Shown: positions 9,812 to 20,564, counted from the stretch's first letter. The stretch is 64,000 nucleotides of DNA from Oscillospiraceae bacterium (GCA_015067185.1 SVMZ01000012.1:2928-66927), one strand, 5' to 3'. Translations and numbers: made by a program. The notes: a model not told the origin generated them from the letters alone.

Positions 9812-11593
9812 TTATTCTTCGTCTTTCTTGATTACAGCAATGCCGAGGTCAATCAGGCTCTTCTCGTCTACTTCTGCAGGGCAGGCGGACATGAGCTCGC
9901 TGGCGTTCTGTACCTTCGGGAAGGCGATGACGTCGCGGAGACTGTCGGCCTCGCACATAACCATAGCCAGACGGTCAAGACCCATACCGGAGCCGCCGTG
10001 GGGAGGTGCTGCATAGCGGTAAGCATCCACCAGGAAACCAAACTTAACCGCAATCTCCTCATCGGTGAGACCGAGGAGCTGGAACATTCTCTGCTGCAGT
10101 GCAGGATCGGTAATACGGATGGAGCCGGAAAGCAGCTCAATACCGTTGAGAACCAGGTCGTATGCCTTGGCGCGGACATTCTCCTTGTCGCTCTCGAGAT
10201 AGTCGAGGCACTCGTCCATGGGCATGGTGAACGGATGGTGCATGGCGTTCCAGACTTCGTTCTCGTCATCCCACTCGAAGAAGGGGAACTCGGTGATCCA
10301 CAGGAACTTGTAGCCCTTGGGAATGATATCCAGCTGCTTGGCAACGGTGAGACGCAGAGCGCCCAGTACCGGCAATGTTACCTTGTTCTTGTCGGCAACG
10401 ATAAAGGCAACGTCGCCCTTTTCGCAGCCAAGCTTTGCCATAATGGCATCCAGCTCGCCCTCAGCCATAAACTTGCCGAAGGAGCAGGTGGGGGTGTCAT
10501 CGTTGTATCTGATATAGGCAAGTCCCTTGGCTCCAATGCCTTTGACCTGCTCTGTCAGCTTGTCAATTTCCTTACGGCTGATCTTCGCAGCTGCGCCCTT
10601 GGCAACAATACCGCGTACACTTCCGCCGTTCTGAACAGCACCGGAGAATACAGAGAATCCGCTGTCCTTCACGATGTCGGAGATATCGGTGATCTCCATG
10701 CCGAAACGGGCATCCGGCTTATCGGAGCCGAAGCGGTTCATGGCATCGCGGTAGGTCATGCGCTCGATGGGCTGTACCTCTTCGCCGAGAACCTCTTTGA
10801 ACAGCTTGCGGATAAAGCCTTCGTTCATTTCCATAACGTCTTCGGCATCCACAAAAGACATCTCAAGGTCGATCTGTGTGAATTCCGGCTGACGGTCTGC
10901 ACGGAGGTCTTCGTCACGGAAGCAGCGTGCAAGCTGGAAGTATCTGTCGTAACCGGAGATCATCAGCAGCTGCTTGTAGATCTGCGGGGACTGAGGCAGT
11001 GCATAGAATTTACCGTTGTGAACACGGGAGGGAACCAGATAATCACGTGCACCCTCCGGCGTGGATTTGATCATCATCGGGGTCTCGATCTCGAGAAAAC
11101 CGTTGGCGCTGTAGTACTCTCTTGCTACGCGGGCAATCTCATGACGCATGATGATGTTGCGCTGAAGAGAGGGACGGCGCAGATCCAGATAACGGTATTT
11201 AAGGCGCAGCTCATCTTTGACATTGGCATTATCGCTGATCTCAAAGGGGGGAGTCTGGGCGCGGGAGAGAATACGCAGCTCGGTAACAAAGAGCTCGATC
11301 ATACCGGTGGCGATTTCCTTGTTGACGGATTCACGGCGGCGAACGATACCTTTTGCCATAATAACAGCTTCGCTTCTGACGGAAGCAGCCTTCTCAAACA
11401 CCTCGCGGTCGGTGCTGTCGTCAAATGCCAGCTGAACGATGCCGGTTCTGTCGCGCAGATCGATAAAAATCAGGTTACCCAGGTCACGCTGCTTCTGCAC
11501 CCAACCGGCAGCCACAACCTCTGCGCCGATATCGTTTTCGGAGAATTCTCCGCAGTATTTTGTTCTTTTCAGTCCTGCCATTGTGTCGGCCAT
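9812..11593 (-). CDS. aspS: aspartate--tRNA ligase
   Basis: 593 aa with an OB anticodon-binding N-terminus, class II motifs (FRDEDLRADRQPEFTQID, GGSGMGLDRL) and a GAD insertion. Confidence 0.97.
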   Translation of the reverse strand: MADTMAGLKRTKYCGEFSENDIGAEVVAAGWVQKQRDLGNLIFIDLRDRTGIVQLAFDDSTDREVFEKAASVRSEAVIMAKGIVRRRESVNKEIATGMIELFVTELRILSRAQTPPFEISDNANVKDELRLKYRYLDLRRPSLQRNIIMRHEIARVAREYYSANGFLEIETPMMIKSTPEGARDYLVPSRVHNGKFYALPQSPQIYKQLLMISGYDRYFQLARCFRDEDLRADRQPEFTQIDLEMSFVDAEDVMEMNEGFIRKLFKEVLGEEVQPIERMTYRDAMNRFGSDKPDARFGMEITDISDIVKDSGFSVFSGAVQNGGSVRGIVAKGAAAKISRKEIDKLTEQVKGIGAKGLAYIRYNDDTPTCSFGKFMAEGELDAIMAKLGCEKGDVAFIVADKNKVTLPVLGALRLTVAKQLDIIPKGYKFLWITEFPFFEWDDENEVWNAMHHPFTMPMDECLDYLESDKENVRAKAYDLVLNGIELLSGSIRITDPALQQRMFQLLGLTDEEIAVKFGFLVDAYRYAAPPHGGSGMGLDRLAMVMCEADSLRDVIAFPKVQNASELMSACPAEVDEKSLIDLGIAVIKKDEE

Positions 11594-11642
11594 ATGTCAC
11601 AACTCCATTTTAAAGTTATTTTCACTCTTCATCTGTATGGGC

Positions 11643-12959
11643 TCAGCCGCCGAAATCCTCGGCAGCACCGGCAGCGTCATCCAAAGCATCCGCCACCATG
11701 CGGTCATACATAAACTGGCACATACCATCCAGCTCCACCTCATAGGTTTCGCCGTTCTTCATGTTTTTCACTCTGACCATGCCGTTGGCCTGCTCGATCT
11801 CGCCGATGATACAGCTGTATTTGGCGCCGATCTTATCGCAGTATTTCATCTGCGCCTTAACGCTTCTCACCATCACATCTCCTTCGGCCTTGAATCCTTC
11901 GGCGCGGAGATCGGAGATGATGCCGGCAGCAGCAATCGAAGCACTGTCACCTGCGGAACCCACATAGATATCGCATCTGTCCACCTCGGGGAACTCACAG
12001 CCGGTCTGTTCCATCAGCATGAGGATACGGTTGAGACCCATACCGAAACCGAGAGAGGGTACGGAAGGTCCGCCCAGAGATTCGGAAAGTCCATCATAGC
12101 GTCCACCGCCGCAAACAGTGCCCTGAGAGCCCAGTGCATCGGTGACAAACTCAAAAACGGTGCGGTTATAGTAGTCAAGACCTCTTACAATGCGGGAATT
12201 TTCCACATATTTGATGCTGGTCTTGTCCAGTCTTGCCTTCAGGCCGTCAAAATGAGCGCGGCAGTCGTCGCAGAGATAATCCAGTGTTCTGGGTGCGTTG
12301 GCGGCAATCTCTTTGCAGATGGGGCTCTTGCAGTCCAGAATTCTCATAGGGTTCTTTTCCAGTCTGCCCAAACATGTCTCACAGAGCTGATCGCTGTAGC
12401 TGCGGAAATACTCTCTGAGCGCCTTATAATATTCGGTCCTGCACTTGGGACAGCCGATGGAGTTGATCTCCAGGTGTGTCTCCTTGATGCCAAGGCTATC
12501 CAGAATATACTGAACATAGCAGATGAGCTCAGCATCAGCAGCAGGTGCTGCAGAACCGTAAAACTCGGACCCAAACTGTGTATGCTCACGATAACGCCCC
12601 ATCTGCGGCTTCTCATAGCGGAAGCAGCTTACAAAATAATAAACCTTGAGAGGGAGCGCATCCCCCAGCAGACCGTGCTCAATGGCACTGCGGCATACGC
12701 CAGCAGTACCCTCCGGACGAAGGGTAATGGAACGTCCGCCCTTATCTTCAAAGGTATACATTTCCTTCTGCACAACATCGGTGGTATCACCGACGCCGCG
12801 GTTGAATAATTCGGTGTGCTCAAAGGTGGGAACACGCATTTCGCGGAAACCAAATTTGGAGGCAGCGTCCCTGAGCACAGACTCAACATACTGCCATTTG
12901 TAGCTTTCGCCCGGAAGCACATCCACGGTGCCTCTCGGAGCCTTTGTCAGAATAGCCAT
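11643..12959 (-). CDS. hisS: histidine--tRNA ligase
   Basis: MAILTKAPRGTVDVLPGESYKWQ N-terminus, class II motifs (FRYEKPQMGRYREHTQ, GGGRYDGL) and a C-terminal anticodon-binding domain. The ATG at 12959 follows AAGGAT. The ORF-track start at 13049 would overlap the terminator and promoter. Confidence 0.95.
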   Translation of the reverse strand: MAILTKAPRGTVDVLPGESYKWQYVESVLRDAASKFGFREMRVPTFEHTELFNRGVGDTTDVVQKEMYTFEDKGGRSITLRPEGTAGVCRSAIEHGLLGDALPLKVYYFVSCFRYEKPQMGRYREHTQFGSEFYGSAAPAADAELICYVQYILDSLGIKETHLEINSIGCPKCRTEYYKALREYFRSYSDQLCETCLGRLEKNPMRILDCKSPICKEIAANAPRTLDYLCDDCRAHFDGLKARLDKTSIKYVENSRIVRGLDYYNRTVFEFVTDALGSQGTVCGGGRYDGLSESLGGPSVPSLGFGMGLNRILMLMEQTGCEFPEVDRCDIYVGSAGDSASIAAAGIISDLRAEGFKAEGDVMVRSVKAQMKYCDKIGAKYSCIIGEIEQANGMVRVKNMKNGETYEVELDGMCQFMYDRMVADALDDAAGAAEDFGG

Positions 12960-12992
12960 GATCGTTACATCCTTTTTTGCTGTATAAATAAT

Positions 12993-13021
12993 AGTATAAC
13001 GCAGAAAGCCGTTACATTCAA
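12993..13021 (-). promoter_or_regulatory. putative hisS-aspS promoter (TTGAAT-17-TATACT)
   Basis: The reverse complement reads TTGAAT gtaacggctttctgcgt TATACT. It leaves only a short leader before hisS. Confidence 0.5.
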
Positions 13022-13048
13022 AAATGGGAACCCGGAAACGAGTTCCCA
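13020..13048 (-). terminator. intrinsic terminator after mgsA
   Basis: Minus-strand GGGAACUCG-UUUC-CGGGUUCCC followed by AUUUUUG. Confidence 0.75.
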
Positions 13049-13079
13049 ATTTCTTTTCTTATATCCGGGGATTCATCGC

Positions 13080-13496
13080 TCAGCGGCGGTGTACACCCTT
13101 GGGATTGACAATTTCTCTCCAGTCGAGATCTCCTCTCTCCAGCGAATGGATGAGTGCCTCTGCCGTTGCAATGTTGGTTGCAACAGGAATATTATATACA
13201 TCGCAGAGTCTGAGCAGCTCAGCCTGATCCATTTCATAGGCCTTGGAGGTCATGGGATCACGGAAGAACAGCAGGGTATCTATCTCATTGCAGGCAACGC
13301 GCGCACCTATCTGCTGATAGCCGCCCTGTTTTCCGCTGAGAAAACGCACGATTTCAAGTCCGGTGGCTTCCGATACCAGCTTTCCGGTTGTACCGGTGGC
13401 GCAAAGGTTGTGCCGGCTGAGCACGCCGCAATAAGCGATGCAGAACTGCACCATGAGCTCTTTCTTTACGTCGTGTGCGATGAGAGCGATATTCAT
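13080..13496 (-). CDS. mgsA: methylglyoxal synthase
   Basis: 138 aa. [19 protein letters not shown]...ATGTTG...GGYQQIG...DP matches MgsA throughout. Confidence 0.93.
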   Translation of the reverse strand: MNIALIAHDVKKELMVQFCIAYCGVLSRHNLCATGTTGKLVSEATGLEIVRFLSGKQGGYQQIGARVACNEIDTLLFFRDPMTSKAYEMDQAELLRLCDVYNIPVATNIATAEALIHSLERGDLDWREIVNPKGVHRR

Positions 13497-13597
13497 AAAT
13501 TAACTCCGTTTCTCGGCGACATTATTTTGTTAAGCATCCCGCCACATCGCCGTCAAGCGGGAATATGCCAAAATACAAATTCTTATTCCAAAAGACC

Positions 13598-14338
13598 TTA
13601 CAGCTTGTCAACAAGCAAAGGCACCTGTTTCCCCATCAGCCGCTGTGCAATATTCATTGCCGCCTGCCCGCCGGGGGAATTGACAATGGGAGCGGTTCCG
13701 TGCTCACAGGCAGCCCGGAGGAACCTGTCCATCGGCACCACACCGAGCAGCTGTGCCCGGACATAGTCCACAATCTCGTCAAAATCCGCAAAGGGCATCA
13801 CTTTGATACTCTCTTTGTCTGCTTTGTTGATGATAAAACGCTTTTCCACATTGGCATATTTATCAATCAGCTGGGACATCTTTGCCGCATCCCGCACGGC
13901 TGCCGTCTCAAGAGAAGAGACAATCACCGCCATATCGGCAGCACAGATGGCAGATATCAGATTTTCTCCCATTCCCGCAGGGCTGTCAAGTATTATGTAA
14001 TCGTAGTAGAACTTGAGTCCGCTGCAGAGACGGATCAGATCGGTCCGCCTGATCCGGTAGCTTTCATCAAAAGGTGCTGCAATCAAGTGAAGATCATCGT
14101 TGTGAGGACAATGGTAGATCGCTTTTATCATCTCACAGCTGCTGTTGAAAACATCCGATATATCAAAAACAATCCTGTCCTGCACATTCAGCGGGATATC
14201 CAGTGCACGAAGCCCGGAATCGGTCTCTATCAGCAGCGTTTTTTTACCGCTTTTTGCAAGAAAATGCCCAACTGATGCACTCAGTGTGCTTTTTCCCGTA
14301 CCGCCCTTACCGGATGTGAACAAGATGACCTTAGACAT
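13598..14338 (-). CDS. MinD/ParA-family P-loop ATPase (MinD-like)
   Basis: Deviant Walker A SGKGGTGKST with the signature lysine, and Walker B IILDSPAG. It occupies the position of minD downstream of mreBCD-PBP2. Confidence 0.8.
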   Translation of the reverse strand: MSKVILFTSGKGGTGKSTLSASVGHFLAKSGKKTLLIETDSGLRALDIPLNVQDRIVFDISDVFNSSCEMIKAIYHCPHNDDLHLIAAPFDESYRIRRTDLIRLCSGLKFYYDYIILDSPAGMGENLISAICAADMAVIVSSLETAAVRDAAKMSQLIDKYANVEKRFIINKADKESIKVMPFADFDEIVDYVRAQLLGVVPMDRFLRAACEHGTAPIVNSPGGQAAMNIAQRLMGKQVPLLVDKL

Positions 14339-14514
14339 GGCATCGACACCCTTTCATTCACCCTATATTTTAGCATATTTTTTAAATTTATTCAATCTTT
14401 TTCGCAGGATTTCAGCAGAAATTTTATCAACACTTTTGTAAAATTCCGCCAGTTTTTCCAAATATACAACTTCACACTTCTTTTTGCCGCCGTTGTCGTT
14501 CCCTTTTTCCGCCA

Positions 14515-16554
14515 TTATCGAAGCAATTCGTCCGTTTCGGCAGAGACCGTATAGGAGCCGGAACCAAAGAAATATTCATCCAGCACAGCCTTTGCCACCG
14601 GTGCCGCCCAGTAGCCGTGTCCTGCGCCCTCAATCACCACGGCTACGGCAATTTCCGGATCATCTGCCGGCGCATAACAGATAAATACTGCGTTGGGGAC
14701 AGCATTGGTCTCCGGTGTACCGGTTTTGGAGGCCACCAGAATGGGATAATTATCAAACTCATGGTGGGCGGTTCCGATATATCCATTCTGACCGGAAGCC
14801 CGGATCATGGCTTCACGGAGGGTATCAAAAATTTTAGGCTCCACGCCTCCGTCTTCCACCATATCATAGACCACTTCCGGCTCATGCTCATAAAGGGTTT
14901 CTTCCGAGTTGTAGCTGAGGATGCTTTTGACCACACTGACCTTCATTCTCTTTCCGTTGTTTGCCAGTGTCGCCGCATAGTTAGCCAGCTGAATGGGGGT
15001 AAAGGCATTATCCGACTGACCGATGGCAGACTGTACCACATCGCCGGCCTGCCAGGGAGAACCATTGATTTTTTCCCGGTACTCCGGCCCCGCTACCACA
15101 CCCTTGGCTTCTTTCAGTTCAATTCCTGTTTCTTTTCCCAATCCAAACATATCCGCATAGCTGTTAATCAGTTCATAGCCCAGCTCGCGGCCGAGGTCGT
15201 AAAAGAAGATGTTGCAGGAAACACGGATAGCATCCATCACGTTGGTTGCCCCATGAATTCCCATGCAGGTAGGCTGATAGACCGGGAAATAGGTATAAAC
15301 CCCCTCACAGGTGACGGTATTATAACGTGTAATCAATCCTTCATTTAATCCTGCCGTGGCAGAAACCAGCTTATAGGTGGAACCGGGGGCATAAGTTCCG
15401 TTCAGCACACGGTTAAACAGCGGACGCAGCTCATCCGTCACCAAATCCGCGTAATCCTCATAATAGGTGGAAAGATTATAGGTCGGCACACTGGCATTCA
15501 CCAACAGTTCGCCGGTTTTGACAGCAATTGCCGCTACTGCTCCCGCTTTCGCCTCCGAACCTTCATCCGGTGTCTCTCCCTGCTGAAGCAGAGCAATCTG
15601 ATCCTCCAGCGACTGCTGTGCCACCTTGTTCAGCTCGCTGTGGATGGTCAGAACCACGGTATTTCCCGGTTCTGCTGCCTTGCTCTCCACCACATCGATA
15701 ACCTCGCCATCGGTGTTGATGTAGACGATCTGTTCACCGTCCTCACCGTGCAGATAGCTCTCGTATTCCTTTTCGATACCGCTTTTGCCGACATCATCAT
15801 CCATGTTGTAGCCCTCTTCAAGAAGAGCGATATCATCCGTGGTGATCGGGCCGGTAATCCCTATGATATGGGCCGCCACATCCCCCGCGGAATATTCCCG
15901 GATGGGCACATTTTCAATGGTAACACCGGAGAGCTCCGATATATTCTCGGATATCTTGGTCACCGTCTCAATAGAGATATTTTCGGCAAAGGTATAGGGA
16001 TTCTTCATAGAAAAATCCTTACGGTACATCTCATACCGCACTCCGGCAATAATTCTGAACTGGGAATCACTCATCTCGTGGAGATCAAACTCCTCTTTCA
16101 GCCAGTAAATTGTATCCTCCACCGAAGCATACTGCTCAATGCCGAGAAAATTTTTCAGCGCCTTGATCTCTCTGTCATGGCCATTCTTAAACACAAAGGG
16201 AGCTGTTTCCGTAATCGGCAGATTATCGATCCACTCCTCTTCCGCTTCCAGCAAAATTCCCGAAAGGCGCAGAATCATTTCATTGATCGTCTCCTCATTC
16301 AGGAATGCCTTGTTAAACACCACATCGTACCCGTTGATATTTACCGCCAGCGATTTTCCATAGCGGTCCATAATTTCTCCGCGGGCTCCTTTGATCCGCT
16401 GTGTTCTTGTATAGACAGTTTGGGTGCGCTGCTCATAGTAATCACCGTTCACCACCTGAATATCCATCAGCCGGAACCCGAACAGAGAGAATATCATAAC
16501 AACAGCAACCACAAGCTCTATGATTCGTCTTTTCAGAAGTTTTGGTTTCATCAT
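14515..16554 (-). CDS. mrdA: penicillin-binding protein 2 (elongation-specific class B transpeptidase)
   Basis: N-terminal TM and PBP dimerisation domain. Transpeptidase motifs STYK (APGSTYKL), SCN (RVSCNIFF) and KTGT (SKTGTPE). The start is uncertain (16554 versus 16581). Confidence 0.9.
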   Translation of the reverse strand: MMKPKLLKRRIIELVVAVVMIFSLFGFRLMDIQVVNGDYYEQRTQTVYTRTQRIKGARGEIMDRYGKSLAVNINGYDVVFNKAFLNEETINEMILRLSGILLEAEEEWIDNLPITETAPFVFKNGHDREIKALKNFLGIEQYASVEDTIYWLKEEFDLHEMSDSQFRIIAGVRYEMYRKDFSMKNPYTFAENISIETVTKISENISELSGVTIENVPIREYSAGDVAAHIIGITGPITTDDIALLEEGYNMDDDVGKSGIEKEYESYLHGEDGEQIVYINTDGEVIDVVESKAAEPGNTVVLTIHSELNKVAQQSLEDQIALLQQGETPDEGSEAKAGAVAAIAVKTGELLVNASVPTYNLSTYYEDYADLVTDELRPLFNRVLNGTYAPGSTYKLVSATAGLNEGLITRYNTVTCEGVYTYFPVYQPTCMGIHGATNVMDAIRVSCNIFFYDLGRELGYELINSYADMFGLGKETGIELKEAKGVVAGPEYREKINGSPWQAGDVVQSAIGQSDNAFTPIQLANYAATLANNGKRMKVSVVKSILSYNSEETLYEHEPEVVYDMVEDGGVEPKIFDTLREAMIRASGQNGYIGTAHHEFDNYPILVASKTGTPETNAVPNAVFICYAPADDPEIAVAVVIEGAGHGYWAAPVAKAVLDEYFFGSGSYTVSAETDELLR

Positions 16555-16656
16555 AACCCCGACCCGTTTTTCAAAATACAATCCATAATTTTATAATCGC
16601 GAAAAACCAACCCGCAGTCTTTCGCGATTTCTGTCAGATTCATGCCGTCTCCGGCA

Positions 16657-17172
16657 TCATATCTCAATATCAAATTTACGTCTGATCCAGGTTACCAGCG
16701 GATAAAACAGCAGCACAAACACCACCGAATAAACCGCCACCGGCAGCAGCCTGTCCCACAGAATATAACCGGCACCGGTATAGTTCCACATACCGTATTT
16801 GAAGTAATACTCAATCAATGCCCGTCCAACCGATGCCGCCAACACCGTCAGCAGCACTGTCCACAGGTTGCGGCGCACCAGATAGATCATCAACAGCGCA
16901 GCCCCAACACAGAACAGAAAACAAAGCAGCGCATTGGCCCCAAACAGCATCTCTGAGCTGAAATCGCACAGAACACCGCAGAAAAAACCAAATATCCCGC
17001 CAACAAGGGTTCCTTCACACACGGCAATGCAGAGCACAAAAGTAAATGCCAGCATCGGCTTTGTCCCCGATATTTCCAGCAAAAACGGCGTTGTTTGAAT
17101 ACAGTAAAGCAATAGGGTAATGCAGAAATAGAGGGAAAATTTGATGATCTTACGTCTTGTTTCTCTTGTCAT
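16657..17172 (-). CDS. mreD: rod shape-determining protein MreD
   Basis: 171-aa polytopic membrane protein immediately downstream of mreC. Confidence 0.8.
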   Translation of the reverse strand: MTRETRRKIIKFSLYFCITLLLYCIQTTPFLLEISGTKPMLAFTFVLCIAVCEGTLVGGIFGFFCGVLCDFSSEMLFGANALLCFLFCVGAALLMIYLVRRNLWTVLLTVLAASVGRALIEYYFKYGMWNYTGAGYILWDRLLPVAVYSVVFVLLFYPLVTWIRRKFDIEI

Positions 17173-17213
17173 CGATCAATATCCCCTCCCCTTTTTCTCC
17201 ATTTTCGTTTTTG

Positions 17214-18197
17214 TTATTCCTCTTCAGAGCTCTCTGCCAGTTCGGCTTCTTCCTGCGCCTTCTTCTTATTCTGGTGTTCCAGATACATCTTATCGATAGC
17301 CAGACTCTCGTCGTCGGTGATATCCCATTGCCCGTCAAACGAGGTTATGACAAACACCTCTTTTGCATTGGTGATGGAGGCATAGGGTTTCACCTGTGCA
17401 TAGAGCGAAACACCGTCTTCCTCCGCGTGGATGGAGATGATCGTGCCAATCACCAGATTCCGCGGAAAGATACCGCCGCCGGAGGTGACCACAAGATCTC
17501 CGTTGGCCGCACCGCTGTCACGGGAGATATACTGAAATTTGCAGAGACCCTCCTCCAGCAATTCCAAGTCGCCCACCAAAATGCCCGAATCTGCCGTCCG
17601 CACATCGTAGCAGCCTACATTGAGTGAAGGGTTCAGAATGGTCATAACCTTGGAGTAGTTGGCTCCCGTTTCATACACGACTCCCACCAAACCATCCGCG
17701 GTTATCACCGGGTCTCCCGTCTCAATGCCGCTTCTGGTTCCGGTATCAATCACAAAAGAATAATAACGGTCATTGGGGTCGCGTCCGATCACCGTTGCCG
17801 TTTCAAAGGTATAGTCCGGATTTTCCTCTTTCAATTCAAGATAATCCCGGAACTGTTCATTTTCTCTTTTTACCGTTTCATAGTCTATCAGCTGCTCATT
17901 CAGCTCATTTATCTTCTGCCGATATTCTTCATTCTGCTCATAGACCTCATTGACGTGGACAATTCTCTGAAAAAATTCCGTCGCTCCGTCGGAGATCTTT
18001 GTTGAGAGCTTCATAATCGGCGTTGTAATTACACCGACCGATTGCTCGAATATCTCTCCGAAGCCGCCGGAAGCGGCTGCACGGAGCATAATCGCCAGGA
18101 TAAAAACAAGCAGAGCAAGCAGGACCTTGAACCGCCATCCCTTAAAAAAATCCTGCATTTCCGCACCCGCCTTGCCGAAATTCCTATCATTCAACAA
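17214..18197 (-). CDS. mreC: rod shape-determining protein MreC
   Basis: N-terminal TM, a coiled-coil (NEEYRQKINELNEQL) and a beta-rich C-terminal domain (GDPVITADGLVGVV...GIFPRNLVIGTI). The acidic/lysine-rich tail is unusual. The start may instead be the internal Met at about 18158. Confidence 0.88.
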   Translation of the reverse strand: MLNDRNFGKAGAEMQDFFKGWRFKVLLALLVFILAIMLRAAASGGFGEIFEQSVGVITTPIMKLSTKISDGATEFFQRIVHVNEVYEQNEEYRQKINELNEQLIDYETVKRENEQFRDYLELKEENPDYTFETATVIGRDPNDRYYSFVIDTGTRSGIETGDPVITADGLVGVVYETGANYSKVMTILNPSLNVGCYDVRTADSGILVGDLELLEEGLCKFQYISRDSGAANGDLVVTSGGGIFPRNLVIGTIISIHAEEDGVSLYAQVKPYASITNAKEVFVITSFDGQWDITDDESLAIDKMYLEHQNKKKAQEEAELAESSEEE

Positions 18198-18271
18198 TAC
18201 CTCTGAAAAATACCGCTGTCAGGTATCTTTCAGAGGTATCGCCTGTTTACTTCTGTATGGACAGCATCAAC

Positions 18272-19288
18272 TCAGAGGATGCGTCCGTCATCGGTCAGGA
18301 TATCTTTGAGCTCACTCAGGTTATCCAGAACCATACCGGTTCCCATCGCTACGCAGTCCAGCGGATTTTCCGCAATGTGAACGGGCATACCGGTTTCAAT
18401 GTTGACCAGCTTGTCAAAGCCCTTGAGCAGCGCACCGCCGCCGGTGAGGGTAATGCCGTGGTCGATGATATCCGCGGAGAGTTCGGGAGGAGTACGCTCC
18501 AGAGTAGATTTGATTGCCTCAATCACTGTAGCCACCGGCTCCACCAGTGCCTCTCTGATTTCGTCCGGGTGAATAAATATGTTCTTGGGCAGACCGTCCA
18601 TCAGGTTGCGTCCCTTAATTTCCATCTCCTCTTCTCCCTCATAGGGATAAGCGGAACCGATCTGCATTTTGATCTGCTCTGCGGTGCGTTCACCGATGAG
18701 CAGGTTGTATTTCTTTTTAATGTAACTGACAATGGAGGAATCGAATTCATCGCCGCCCACACGAACAGACTTGGAGGTTACGATGCCGCCCAGAGAGATA
18801 ACGGCAACTTCACTGGTACCGCCGCCGATATCCACAACCATACTGCCGGTTGCTTCCGCTACAGGCAGACCTGCACCGATTGCCGCAGCCATGGGCTCTT
18901 CAATAACAGCAACATACTTGGCGCCGGCCTTCATGGTGGATTCCTTAACCGCTCTTCTCTCAACCTCTGTAACACCGGAGGGGATGCAGATGACGACGCG
19001 GGGCTTGGACCAGAAAGAATTGTTGACTGCCTTCTTGATAAAAATCTGAAGCATGGAGCTGGCAATATCAAAATCTGCGATAACGCCGTCCTTCAGCGGA
19101 CGTACCGCCACAATAGAGCCGGGCGTTCTTCCGATCACTTCCTTAGCTTCTGTTCCTACATATTTGACCGTGTCCTTTCTTGTGTCCACCGCAACGACGG
19201 ACGGCTCACGGATAATAATTCCTTTTCCCTTTAAAAAGATCAGTGTGTTGGCTGTACCGAGATCGATACCGATATCCTTTGAAAACAT
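18272..19288 (-). CDS. mreB: rod shape-determining protein MreB
   Basis: [36 protein letters not shown]: an actin-like ATPase conserved over its full length. Confidence 0.97.
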   Translation of the reverse strand: MFSKDIGIDLGTANTLIFLKGKGIIIREPSVVAVDTRKDTVKYVGTEAKEVIGRTPGSIVAVRPLKDGVIADFDIASSMLQIFIKKAVNNSFWSKPRVVICIPSGVTEVERRAVKESTMKAGAKYVAVIEEPMAAAIGAGLPVAEATGSMVVDIGGGTSEVAVISLGGIVTSKSVRVGGDEFDSSIVSYIKKKYNLLIGERTAEQIKMQIGSAYPYEGEEEMEIKGRNLMDGLPKNIFIHPDEIREALVEPVATVIEAIKSTLERTPPELSADIIDHGITLTGGGALLKGFDKLVNIETGMPVHIAENPLDCVAMGTGMVLDNLSELKDILTDDGRIL

Positions 19289-19428
19289 TTTTAACCCTCC
19301 CCAGCTGTTTTGCTGAAATCTATACTTTTATATTATAACCCTTATCGCGCTATTTCTCAACAATAATTCATGAATTTTAACACAAAAAACAAAAATACTC
19401 TGCTGTTTGTGTTTTTCCTTCTCTGCCA

Positions 19429-20007
19429 TCACGCTTTTGCCTCTTTAAGCTGTTCGTTCAGCTCCCGGTACAATCTGGCAACGGGCAATCCCATCACATT
19501 GAAATAATCCCCTTCAATCCCTTTTACCAGTACACAGCCTTCACCCTGAATTCCGTACGCACCGGCTTTATCAAAAGGATCTTTGGATTGAATGTATTTC
19601 CAAATCAGTGTTTCTTCCAACTCATAAAAGGTCACGTTAGTGGCTTCGCAGAAAACCCGCTCCTGTCCGTCTGCTGTAAGCAGCGCAACACCGGTATATA
19701 CCGTATGCGTGCACCCGGACAGCATCTTCAGCATACGGTATGCATCCTGTTCATCCTTTGGTTTTCCAAGCATCTCCCCTCCTGCAGAGACAATGGTATC
19801 TGCAGACACCACCATCGCACCGCTACAGTCGAACTGCTCCAGTGCCGCTTTGCCCTTGATTTGCGCCAACAGCTTTGCCGCTTCATCATGGGCAATTCCC
19901 GCTGGAACAATCTCTTCTGCCTTTGGGACGAGCACCTCAAATTCTGCTTCAATTCTCTCAAAAAGTTCTCTTCTTCTCGGCGATGCCGAGGCCAGTATAT
20001 ATCTCAT
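19429..20007 (-). CDS. maf: Maf-family nucleoside triphosphate pyrophosphatase
   Basis: MRYILASASPRRRELF...DTIV...GKP...AGAYGIQG, a typical Maf sequence located upstream of mreB as in many Firmicutes. Confidence 0.93.
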   Translation of the reverse strand: MRYILASASPRRRELFERIEAEFEVLVPKAEEIVPAGIAHDEAAKLLAQIKGKAALEQFDCSGAMVVSADTIVSAGGEMLGKPKDEQDAYRMLKMLSGCTHTVYTGVALLTADGQERVFCEATNVTFYELEETLIWKYIQSKDPFDKAGAYGIQGEGCVLVKGIEGDYFNVMGLPVARLYRELNEQLKEAKA

Positions 20008-20136
20008 TTTGATATCGCCTCATTCAAAAATCATATACAAAGAATTTTATCACATATTTGCCTTAAAAGCAATTATACTGTTATGAGTTTTCAATAAAAA
20101 AATTTTTTCCTTCCACCAAACTTTTCCTTTTTTAAT

Positions 20137-20165
20137 TTGACAAACAAAATAGTTTGTGATATGAT
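20137..20165 (+). promoter_or_regulatory. putative atp operon promoter (TTGACA-17-TATGAT with a TG extension)
   Basis: -35 at 20137-20142, TGa at 20157-20159 and -10 at 20160-20165. Confidence 0.55.
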
Positions 20166-20188
20166 TGAAATAATTTGAATTTTTTGGA

Positions 20189-20533
20189 ATGGAGTATACT
20201 CCCATGGTCGATATTCTGCTTGGAGGCGGTCTCGCACTCCTTTTCGGAGCCGGATTGTCGGTGGGAAACTATTTTCTCACAAAAAAGCTCATCAACAGAC
20301 AAAAGAACACTTCACCTCTTGCCGTTATTTCTTTTCTGCGACAGACGTTTAATATAGCGTATCTTGTCGCGATTTATTTTTTATCAAAGGTGCTGCCCTG
20401 GCCGATGGAAGCCATGCTGATCGGTGCGGCACTGGGGATCACGATTCCCTCCTTCCTTCTCTCCGCAAAACTCTCCCGCAGTCTGGCTTCTCCGCCGTCC
20501 AAAACAACCGGCAGCGACGAGGCTGAAATCTGA
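20189..20533 (+). CDS. AtpI/AtpZ-like small membrane protein of the ATP synthase operon
   Basis: 114 aa with 3-4 TM helices, the first gene of the atp cluster. The start may be the ATG at 20204, after GGAG. Confidence 0.55.
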   Translation: MEYTPMVDILLGGGLALLFGAGLSVGNYFLTKKLINRQKNTSPLAVISFLRQTFNIAYLVAIYFLSKVLPWPMEAMLIGAALGITIPSFLLSAKLSRSLASPPSKTTGSDEAEI

Positions 20534-20564
20534 CATCACCATACAAAGAAAGGACTGATCATAT

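Noticed and set aside
9770-11713. 647-aa ORF on the + strand
   Set aside because: It is exactly antisense to aspS, which is conserved over its full length. It is a typical stop-poor antisense frame of a GC3-biased gene. The same applies to 11439-12809, which is antisense to hisS.
12960-13079. A possible T-box leader upstream of hisS-aspS, as in many Firmicutes
   Set aside because: Only about 120 nt are available, and these are filled by the mgsA terminator and a promoter. No specifier stem or T-box consensus sequence is present.
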